NCBI GenBank assembly: GCA_051362555.1
Contig: CM120641.1
Span: 5,704,001 to 5,768,000 of the forward strand
Source: Lingula anatina
Lineage: Eukaryota; Animalia; Brachiopoda
Length of the DNA: 64,000 nt
Direction of reading: 5' to 3'
The notes beneath the pieces are model-generated. The model did no database searches and was not told where the DNA came from. It was given only the letters and a program-made list of their open reading frames with translations. The stretch's first letter is position 1. Every line of letters begins with the position of its first letter. Position numbers and translations under genes: made by a program. Shown here one piece after another: positions 1-26,220 of the stretch.

Positions 1-970
1 AAAATTTGAAAAAAAAACTATTTTGGGCACTGCTCCCATGATTACCTTTTAAGAAAAACCATGTCACTTACTGTTTTCAAACTTACAGGAAAGAAACATG
101 GAACTAAAATACAGCTTCAGTAGGCAATGCAATCTGCCAGTTAAACAGTTTTTTGTGAAAATTTAATTTTTCACATATTGGCATTTTCAAGGTGTGACTT
201 TGAAGTTTCACATGCTTGAAGACCCAGGCTAGTCACATTTTCTGAAAATCCATGATACATATATTTTGTTATTAAAAATTGATTGTCATTATGCAGTTAA
301 CCATTATGTAAAATTGCATCAGAATAGGAGAAAACACAATTTTGGGTGCTGCTGCCATGATGACCATTATGGGAAAACCATGTTACTTATGATTGCCAAA
401 CTTTCAAAAAAGAAATACAGGACTAAAATGCAGCCTGAGTTGGAAAAGCAGTCTAATCGACTTCTTTTTCTGGAAGTTTTACATTTTCAAAGTGTGAACT
501 TGAACTCCCATGGGCTTGAAGCCTTATGCTTGTTTCACATTTTACTTACATTGGTATTACCTGTTGAGCATAATTAAAATTTGATGTTGAATTTGCAGTT
601 TAACATAATGTACTTTTGCATCAGAATTGACAGTAGCCTATTTTGTTATTTCCTGCTTTTTGTCTGTACATTTGACAGCTTTGCTGCCTTGTTTTAATTA
701 ATGATTTAATTTTAAATGACTGGGACACCTTTTAGGTCGCCATGTCTCCCTGCACTTTCCAGCAGGAACTATTGACATTAGGTATTTTTATCTGAAGGGT
801 TTTATAGTTTTTTTAGGTCTGAATTGGGAAAGATCAGAAGATTTGCAGGACATTTAGACAGAAAATATGACTTTGAGAAAATTTTGTATGCGCACAGTGT
901 ATGCGCTAATTACGCGCTACTACTCCTGATATGGTGGTCATTCAAAAAGTGTAACTAGCACAGGACACTA
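1..970. mobile_element. Probable end of a large DNA transposon (Academ-like) with internal ~320-bp diverged tandem repeat
   Basis: 21-330 is repeated divergently at 341-630 (ttttgggcactgctcccatga / ttttgggtgctgctgccatga; cattttcaaggtgtga / cattttcaaagtgtga). The block ends in ...GTGTAACTAGCACAGGACACTA, i.e. a TAGTGTCC terminus on the minus strand, as in Academ TIRs. The other end is outside the window. Confidence 0.4.
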
Positions 971-1085
971 GACCGAGGAATTTCAAAGTCATACCTAGAA
1001 AATACCAATGTTTTGTGAAAAATCAAATATTTTAAAATACGTCATTATACATAAGCTTGGTTTTTCAAACTCTAGTTGTATATTA

Positions 1086-1251
1086 CAGGGGCGTAACCAG
1101 GCATACGCACGGATGCACTGTGCGTACAATTTTTTGAGCCAACCATGATATTATTCTCCATAAATTCAGTGTATTTTTCACGGAATATAATCGTACCTGG
1201 GAATTTTCAAAATCTGTGCGTACAATTTTAAATGGTCTGGTTACGCCCCTG
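1086..1251. mobile_element. MITE with CAGGGGCGTAACCAG TIRs (hAT/Tip100-like termini)
   Basis: CAGGGGCGTAACCAG...CTGGTTACGCCCCTG, a perfect 15-bp TIR; flanks tatta/catta; subterminal ctgtgcgtacaatttt direct repeat. Confidence 0.85.
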
Positions 1252-1263
1252 CATTAGTCCTAT

Positions 1264-1301
1264 CAAGGAGTTATAACAGTTATAACTGTTATAACTCCTT
1301 G
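1264..1301. mobile_element. 38-bp perfectly palindromic micro-element with 7-bp TSD (P-element-like)
   Basis: CAAGGAGTTATAACAGTTATAACTGTTATAACTCCTTG is its own reverse complement and is flanked by GTCCTAT on both sides (1257-1263, 1302-1308). Confidence 0.7.
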
Positions 1302-1617
1302 GTCCTATGAAACATTCCTGTAAGTCGGAGAACAATAAATAGTTTACTTTTATTGTGGTAACGAGAGGAAAGTGCACGGCGATGTCAAAAGTTGAGGATG
1401 GATTTATGAAGGCAGACAGACAGGTTGGTAATTATCATTAATAATAAATACTATCCTATAGATAGCAATATTAGAGACAAGCCCTGTGTTCGTTTCAACA
1501 TACTACACAAACATTATGCAAGAGTGATTTACCAGCGCGATTGGACGGAATTACATTTTAAAGCGTACATATTCCCACCAGGCGATCTTCTGTAGAACAC
1601 AGCAACATAATTATTAA

Positions 1618-1784
1618 CAGGGGCGGATCCAGAGCTATTTTCTGACAGTCTTACAAATAATCTTTGTTGATCCATCCTCCATTTTTGACTGTCTTCCGAC
1701 AGAAAAAATAGATACCCGACAATGTGAACTTGAATATGTAACCGTCTTCTGGAAGACCCAGAAGACGGCCTCAATCCGCCCCTG
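1618..1784. mobile_element. MITE with CAGGGGCGGAT TIRs, 5-bp TSD (ATTAA)
   Basis: CAGGGGCGGAT...ATCCGCCCCTG; absent from the paralogous site at ~2643; a related copy lies at 9782-9926. Confidence 0.85.
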
Positions 1785-1789
1785 ATTAA

Positions 1790-2046
1790 GGCTTCGTTCA
1801 CATGCAATGTCTATTTTCTAAATTCTATTTTCTATTCGCGCTATCTTATGATCACGGTCTGTGCACTGAATATCCCGCCGCGTAATTACTGGCAACGCGA
1901 GCCAGTTACTATAAGTTACTATAAGTAACTGGCTCGCGCTGCCAGTAATTACGCGGCGGGATATTCAGTGCACAGACCGTGATCATAAGACATGCCGCAA
2001 ATAGAAAATAGAATTTAGAAAATAGACATTGCATGTGAACGAAGCC
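1790..2046. mobile_element. Fold-back PIF/Harbinger (Tourist-type) MITE
   Basis: TAA-GGCTTCGTTCACATG...CATGTGAACGAAGCC-TAA; near-perfect ~120-bp inverted arms; empty site at ~2643. Confidence 0.9.
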
Positions 2047-2164
2047 TAAGGGTTGCGCTCAAGCTTCACTCGCAGTTTAGAGACCCAGGGGACTCTCTAC
2101 CAGGGACACAGATTTTTTTCAGTAGGTATTCACGGACAGGGCGCTACCTATTATAAAATTTTAA

Positions 2165-2379
2165 GGCTGTATTCCCAGAGCTTTTAGATCGATCTATCCC
2201 CGCGGGGAGTCTCACTAGATTACTGTCAGATAATCCGGCTTAAATGTCCGTTCCGCCTACTACAAGCTATAAGGGGGTAATTAACTTTCGTGTCCGCTCG
2301 GCTGACAGCTATTTAGCGTGAACCCCCAGGGAGTTAGGTCGATCTAAAGTAGATCGATCTAATCTCTGGAAATGGGGTC
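2165..2379 (+). mobile_element. Harbinger-type MITE family A, copy 1 of 5
   Basis: TAA TSD; TIR GGCTGTATTCCCAGAG / CTCTGGAAATGGGGTC with TAGATCGATCTA subterminal palindromes; internal sequence near-identical to 9217, 30827 and 36280. Confidence 0.9.
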
Positions 2380-3617
2380 TAACAGTTTTCTCTGCTGTGA
2401 ATAGAGAAATACAGGCTGAAATACAGAAAGACAGGTTGATAATATTATCATTAATAATAAATACTATCCTATAGATAGCAAATGATTTATCAGAGATAAT
2501 CCCTGTGTTCGTTTCAACATACTACACAAACATTATACAAGAGTGATTTACCAGCGTGGTTGGTCGGAATTACATTGTACATTTTAAAGCCTACATATTC
2601 CCACCAGGCGATCTTCTGCAGAACACAGCAACATAATTATTAAGGGTTGCGCTCAAGCGTCACTCGCAGACCCGGGGGACTCTCTACCAGGGCCACAGAT
2701 TTTTTTCGGTAGGTATTCACGGACAGGGCGCTGCCTAATAATAAATTTATGACAATTTTCTCTGCTACGAGTAGAGAATTGTGTCACGAAATAGCCAGAG
2801 ACATTATCTGCGAATAGATCTTAGATTGCTCGGACTCGGAGATGACGAGACAGCCAACAAGATGCGTAGTTTGTGCATATTACCGCAAAGCAGAGGAGAA
2901 AAAAGTGTGTTGTTGATAATATTTCCCTTTCAAATGTCATAAAATTTACCTCACAGATATGTTGGGAGTAAATGGATAAATGCTTTTCTCTGTCACAATT
3001 TAATGAGTTGACGCCTAATGGCGGTATTCTAACTCCCCATTCCCCATAGGGTTGCATGGCACATATATATCTCGTGTCATCTTGGTTCAGTCTCATCAAC
3101 GCAGGCAGTCAAATTGCTGCACAAGATGCCAGCCACACGCAACCCCCGTTATAAGGGGAAGGTTGTCACAGGCTTGTGTTTCAGATCTGAATGGAGTCGG
3201 CTTCTTTGTTTTCAAATCTCGGAGACACTTTTTCCCAGATATTCGAGTGCTTAATTTTTTGATGGCTCGAAAATGACGAAACTGGCCATATGCATCAGAT
3301 TTAAGTTATAGAGTTATAGAATACAGACAGGCTGAGACAGCGATTAACAATCTACCTGTAAAGTTGCCTTTCCTACCAAGGAAAAGGAGACTTTTCGCCT
3401 AGGTCAACATACACTTGATTTTTTCTCATTAAAAATCTCATCCCTATTTTCAAAACTCAACTTGAATGCTCACATATCTAAACAGCTTTTAACGTTTGAA
3501 CATAACATTTCAAACAGAGCCACCACAAAAGGTCACAAAACGTTCATTCGATTTTTTCTTTTTCTTCTTTAAATCTAAATTATACACTTTCCTTTTGGAA
3601 AGAGAGATTCATTTCAG

Positions 3618-4592
3618 TCAGGCAGTTGGAGCTGGCGGAGTGGTGTCAGTGGTGCCTACACGACTAGATTTCGTCTGACAACAAAGTAAAATCTTTTTAT
3701 ATCCTTGTCTGAAATTTGGGTCTGCTACTCCGTAAATAAAACTGTTTATACAAGAGTTTGTCATAGCCAGCCAGGCGGCAGATAGGTACACGTCCGAGGG
3801 GGCCATGTCCCTTACACCATCGAACAGCACCGCCCCTACGAAGGGAACCCAACATAATACGAACATTAATAGTACAACCAGTAAAGTCACTATCAGTTTT
3901 ATGTCCTTCTTACTTATCTGTCTCCCTGAAAATCCGACGTGATTCCTCATTGCCTTTCGCTGTGTGTAGACAGTTTGAAAAATTTTGAAATAGCAGAAAA
4001 ATGTGAATAAAAGAGGAACCATTATGAAGACACCTGTTCCGTAAATGTTGTATATCAAATCGGCCGTTCGATCGACGATGCAGTCCTCAGTCTTCGCGTC
4101 ATAGCCATAATTGCCCCACCCTACAAGAGGTGGAAACGCTATGAGCACAGCAACGGTTACCCAGGACGCTACGACCGCAGCAGTAATAAGTCTCCCGGTG
4201 CAGATTTTAGCGTACCTGTGGTACTCACAGATAAACAAATAGCGGTTAATTGCAATCAGCATAAGTGACATCAGCGAAACTCCACAAGCCACAGATTCCA
4301 AGAAAGCCAAGAAAATACACCCAGGCTTTGAAAAAACAGTTTCCCCAAATGCAAATGTCAGAATGGCAGAGGGCATATGAATTCCGCTCACAAGGAGGTC
4401 TGCCACTGCCAAATTAACAATAAATACATTATGTCGACGCCAAAGTTGCTTTTCTACTAAAACGGCACCAATAATTAAAACGTTTCCAATCGTTCCGATA
4501 ACTGTTAGCAAACAGAACATGGCAATTTGAGGATAGCGGTTTTCAACCGTCTGTCTCATTCCTGTGGAATTCATTGTTGAATTAAAATCCAT
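3618..4592 (-). CDS. Rhodopsin-class 7TM GPCR, melatonin receptor-like, single coding exon, 324 aa
   Basis: Seven hydrophobic segments; GN in TM1, NLAVADLL in TM2, NRY replacing DRY, TM4 W..P, CWVP in TM6, NSCINSFIYG in TM7, helix 8 NFRQGY; N-terminal NST sequons. Confidence 0.9.
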   Translation of the reverse strand: MDFNSTMNSTGMRQTVENRYPQIAMFCLLTVIGTIGNVLIIGAVLVEKQLWRRHNVFIVNLAVADLLVSGIHMPSAILTFAFGETVFSKPGCIFLAFLESVACGVSLMSLMLIAINRYLFICEYHRYAKICTGRLITAAVVASWVTVAVLIAFPPLVGWGNYGYDAKTEDCIVDRTADLIYNIYGTGVFIMVPLLFTFFCYFKIFQTVYTQRKAMRNHVGFSGRQISKKDIKLIVTLLVVLLMFVLCWVPFVGAVLFDGVRDMAPSDVYLSAAWLAMTNSCINSFIYGVADPNFRQGYKKILLCCQTKSSRVGTTDTTPPAPTA

Positions 4593-5278
4593 TTCAGCAA
4601 GTAGGATGCTCAGTTGAATATTTCACTGTTACTTTCTCACTTGTTTCGAGTCCAAATTACTGTCACTCATGATCATACAACGTGTCATACAATCGATAAA
4701 ACAACGCTGAGTCCGGCGCTTCTAAGCTGTTCGCTAGTTTGTTACATATAACCTTTCGCATTAGAAAAGGATCAGTTATACGGAAATTAGAACCGAGCTG
4801 GAAAGTAGTAAGAATATGCCGGTCTTTTCACAGTGACGACGCCAGTAGACAGTGTTGCTGAACTTCAGAAAAATGCCAAAAACGAAAAGCGCAACTTCCT
4901 TTTAAAGATGTTTTTAAAGATGCCTCAAGTAATTCTGGGGAAGTTTTCATTTCGTGATGAACACTGGACACCGATCAATGCATTGACGCAGGTGTTTCAA
5001 TATTTAAGCTGACTACTTTATCAACTTCTTTTTTGAAAAATCAACGAGCATGAAATAATGAATTGGATGTTTATCCCGAAGCACGTGCGATTCATTTCAT
5101 CTCTATAATCAATCATGAGAAATAATGTTTTGTTTTCGGTTATATGACGACATTGACGAGAAATATCATCGCAATAACGTTTTGAACCGGAGGTTGATAG
5201 ATTAATTTACTGGACAACAAATCATACGCTGTCCTGTGATAGTCCCCGACCTGTTTTTACATAGATCTTGTTGAAAGG

Positions 5279-5429
5279 CAGGGCCGTAGCCTCCGGGGGG
5301 GGCAGGGGGGGGCAGCTGCCCCCCCTGGAATTTGGAATTTTACACACCACACCCTCCCCCCCTCGGTAGCTTCGCCCCCTCGTGTCCGCTTACTGCCCCC
5401 CCTGGCATTTTGCTCAGGCTACGGCCCTG
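5279..5429. mobile_element. GC-rich MITE with CAGGGCCGTAGCC TIRs, 5-bp TSD AAAGG
   Basis: aaagg-CAGGGCCGTAGCC...GGCTACGGCCCTG-aaagg. Confidence 0.85.
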
Positions 5430-5595
5430 AAAGGTCAACCCAAGGTCGGGTATTTTGTTCAATGTAGCACCAAGTAGGTTCTGATATCCCATTAATATTT
5501 TAATTTGTTAAATAAGAAAACTTTTGTAACCACATTTAGCTTAAGTATCTAGCAGTTTTTTTTAGTATTACTTTTGCTAGTTTTAGGCTCTGTAT

Positions 5596-5724
5596 AAGTT
5601 CTCTTTCGTGAATATTCCATGTAATCTTTTAAGTTCTCTTTCGTGAATATTCCATGTAATCTTTTAAGTTCTTTTTCGTGAATATTCCATGTAATCTTTT
5701 AAGTTCTCTTTAGTGCATATTTAA
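5596..5724. repeat. 35-bp minisatellite, 3 full units plus an interrupted 4th
   Basis: aagttctctttcgtgaatattccatgtaatctttt starts at 5596, 5631, 5666 and 5701; the 4th unit resumes (tgtaatcttt) at 6061. Confidence 0.95.
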
Positions 5725-6056
5725 AGGGATAATAACTCTTCGCACGAGATCTATATTTCACAATAAAAACATTGTGAATAACTCATAGAAATATAATGTA
5801 TTCTGTTTTACCACAAAAACGGCAGTTATAGCTATTATTCTGATATCTGAGTTTGTCTTTAGACCACGTGACCTCCATTGATGGCTATACTCTGTTAAAA
5901 TCTCTTAAGAGATTTTAACAAAAAACCAAACTTTTTAGAAAAAAAACAGGGACTAACTGAATGTAAAAATGGATTCATTAACCATTGGTAAGTATGGGGA
6001 AATTGTTGTTTACTCAAGGAAAATTCATTTTTTGGCCAAAACGAAGAGTTATCCTT
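5725..6056. mobile_element. TTAA-targeting MITE (Kolobok-like, purine termini)
   Basis: TTAA-AGGGATAATAACTCTTCG...CGAAGAGTTATCCTT-TTAA, splitting the 4th minisatellite unit. Confidence 0.75.
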
Positions 6057-6427
6057 TTAATGTAATCTTTCCCTGATGTGTTGTTAGTAACGTACATGTT
6101 CAAGTTTTTTTCTAATAAGATCTTCGTATTGCTTCTGTGGATAAGTGTGAAATAGAACTGAAAGCAAGCGATAGGCCTATCGCTAAGACAGCTTTTGACA
6201 CCGTGTCAAAGTTCTTGTAGCAGGAGGGAAGGAGGAATACATGCATGCATGTGAAAAGTACAAAATTTGATCTTTTTTCGACGAGGACCTAAGTAAAGCC
6301 GGCGGTTGTGCCCTACAGCTTCTCCAAAACAAATATTGTATTCTTAAATGCGCAGCAAAGCAATTTCAATATATTTTCGACTAACACTGCACTCTTAGTA
6401 AAATACAGTAAAATACATACAACAGAT

Positions 6428-7103
6428 GTTGGCTCACTAGAAGTTGGAAGCAGCTAACAGTTATTAAAAACATAGGCAATGTATGCATCGATGGATATTA
6501 AACTCTGTAGGGCAATCTAACAAAGAGGAATGTCCGACGTAAAAACAAACGTGCGTAGGCCTACATGTATGACGTCGCACGCACTGACGTATAGTTGCAC
6601 CGACAGACAACAATTAAACAACGTACCCGGTAAACAACAACAACAATCTACACGCAATTTGGTAACGTATGTATCGATACATACGTTACCGATACATGTT
6701 AATTCACCGTATAGATCTTAAGGAAAATATAAGTATTATTACTGATGCATCTCTGAATATCTACTTTACAGTTCCATAATCCAAATTTTCGGCGCCTGGG
6801 CCTTCTTCGGGGATTAAGAACTCTTCAGAGATGCATCAGTAATAATACTTATACGTCACCGATACATACGTTACCAAATTGCATGCAGATTGTTGCTATT
6901 CATGTTGTTGTTAACGTTGTTTGCTGTCCGTTGGCGCAAAGTGCGTGCGACGTCATAGGCCTACATGCGCGCACGTATGTTTCTACAATGCACATTCCTC
7001 TTTGTAACATTAATATTGTCATACCGAGTTTGTTATCCATCGATACATGCGTCAACTGTGTTTTTAATAACTGTTAGTTGCCTCCAACTTCTGGTGAGCC
7101 AAC
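6428..7103. repeat. Large diverged inverted repeat (arms ~6428-6757 and ~6824-7103)
   Basis: gttggctcactagaagttggaagcagctaacagttattaaaaa pairs with tttttaataactgttagttgcctccaacttctggtgagccaac; tataagtattattactgatgcatctctgaa pairs with ttcagagatgcatcagtaataatacttata. Confidence 0.85.
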
Positions 7104-7228
7104 GCCTATTTTTAACTGCATACATTAGGTTACAATAAAATAGATAGGCCCTATGGAACAAAAGAGGGAAGTTGTCTTCAAAAGATTTGTGAAAATTATT
7201 CAAATGATACATATGAGACATATCTTAT

Positions 7229-7674
7229 CAGAGGCTTATCGGGGGCGTCTCGATAGTCCGAAGGTTCATTGGTCCGAAGGTTCATTGGTCCGAAAAGCGG
7301 TAACATTTTTATCGATTTTTTAATCAAGGGTTCATTGGTCCGAATGTTCTATAGTGAACATTCGGACCAATGAACCTTCGGACTATTGAACCTTCGGACT
7401 ATCGCTACGGCCCCGGCTTATCCAGGTTTATTTGAAGGGGGATCTGGAACGACAGGATTCTGATGCGAAGTTGACCATCGCCCCCTTGGTGTGGGGTTCG
7501 GGGCCTGCTTTAAGGACCCCGAAAAATTTTTGGTGTTTTGGAAAGCAAACTGTGCCCTTTTGTACGGTTTAGAACTATAATTTAGTTAGTCAAAATTCTA
7601 ATTTCGAGAGGGGAATATTGGTGCGATATATGTTTCAGAAACTGAAGGGGGGGAGTCCTCTAAATCCGCCACTA
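7229..7674. mobile_element. CAGAGGC/CAGTGGCGGAT-type MITE carrying a nested element
   Basis: Starts CAGAGGCTTATC(CAGG), ends TAAATCCGCCACTA; body resembles 39051-39120 and 63881-64000. Confidence 0.65.
7241..7414. mobile_element. Non-autonomous DNA element with 17-bp subterminal tandem repeats and 8-bp TSD
   Basis: Flanked by GGCTTATC (7233-7240, 7415-7422); arms built from GTCCGAAGGTTCATTG units in inverted orientation. Confidence 0.85.
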
Positions 7675-8057
7675 AAATAGTAGATTTAACGGAAATGGAG
7701 AAGACAAACATATCGGTTCTATTTACAGTGTGGTAGAGAAGAAACGGAGTATGGGTATTATATCTAACACAATCTTCATTTACAGAGAGCTCGATCCTCA
7801 CTTACAACTTTTAAAATAAAGTTAAAATAAAATGACGCTCTCCGGTTCTGTAAGTTGATAAATACTAAAGCTAAAAACTAAAACAATTTGTGCAGTGATA
7901 TAAGTGCCCTGCTGTGAACTTCGATTTATCGCACAAGAAGTGCGCGAATGGCACTTCATTATCTTGATGCCTACCGCTACCTGGCGTCAAGTAAATAAAT
8001 CACGGAAGTAAACATAAATGGGGAGAGTCGCACATGTAGTCGGCACTATTTGCCACA

Positions 8058-25358
<17,301 letters not shown>

Positions 25359-26220
25359 AAGCAAGCTGCTAAAGTTGTATATTTTTAATAGCTGTTATAG
25401 TAATTTGATTGGAATTTCGGTGGGACTATATACAAGCTGAATATAAGTTTGTGCATTTTTATGTATCCAGAGAGCTACAAAAATGGTAATCTCAATTTTT
25501 TTGTGTAATATTTGTGCATAAGCTGTACAAACAACCTTGGTGCTACATGTAAAGTACATATTGAATACATATCATTAAAGAAATAACAATTTAAAATATA
25601 TACATATTTTATGCAATTTTGAAATGCAACAAAATGGAGTTTATTTTAATGGAGAGTAGTTTGTAACTATTGTTTTTTGTAACAAATAAGATGTATCAAT
25701 CTGAAAAAATATTTTTTTTAGAATCTCACAATCTTATCTTTTAATTAAATATCTGGCATCTGATATTTAAAGTTTCTTCTATTATTAATATTATATGGAT
25801 GTTCTAAATTTGTGATACAAATATGTATGTATTAATGGTAACTGGGACTAAATAAATGAGAGTCAAATAGGATAATTTTTTTCTTGCAGAACTAATTTTA
25901 TTCTTCACTACTAAATGCACCATATGACAGGTATCATTTAATATGGAAAAAATCAGAAGCTTTGATTTCATCTTCAACTTTTGGAGGTTCATAAAAACAT
26001 GGTAAGGTACCACTAGTGCCACACCCGAACAGTATCAGTCTTCATGCCTTCCTAATAGTCACTTTTCACTTGAAATAATGAGATTTTTGATTTGTACACT
26101 TAAAATCTAGATAAAAAACGATTTCTACAACAAAATCTTGTAGTTAAGTGACATATTGTTTTGAGAAAGTGCAGAATTCATGTAGTTCCTTGTCACTATC
26201 CCTTGGGAGAAATGAATACC

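Larger units (their letters stand above)
1413..2780. repeat. Local tandem duplication of a ~360-bp unit; copy A (1413-2410) carries three MITE insertions, copy B (2424-2780) is the empty site
   Basis: Both copies share acaggttg..ttatcattaataataaatactatcctatagatagcaa..gaacacagcaacataattattaa | gggttgcgctcaagc..ggtattcacggacagggcgct. Confidence 0.9.

Noticed and set aside
5596-5724. 35-bp repeats as a CRISPR array
   Set aside because: Units are contiguous with no unique spacers, the context is eukaryotic, and there are no cas genes.
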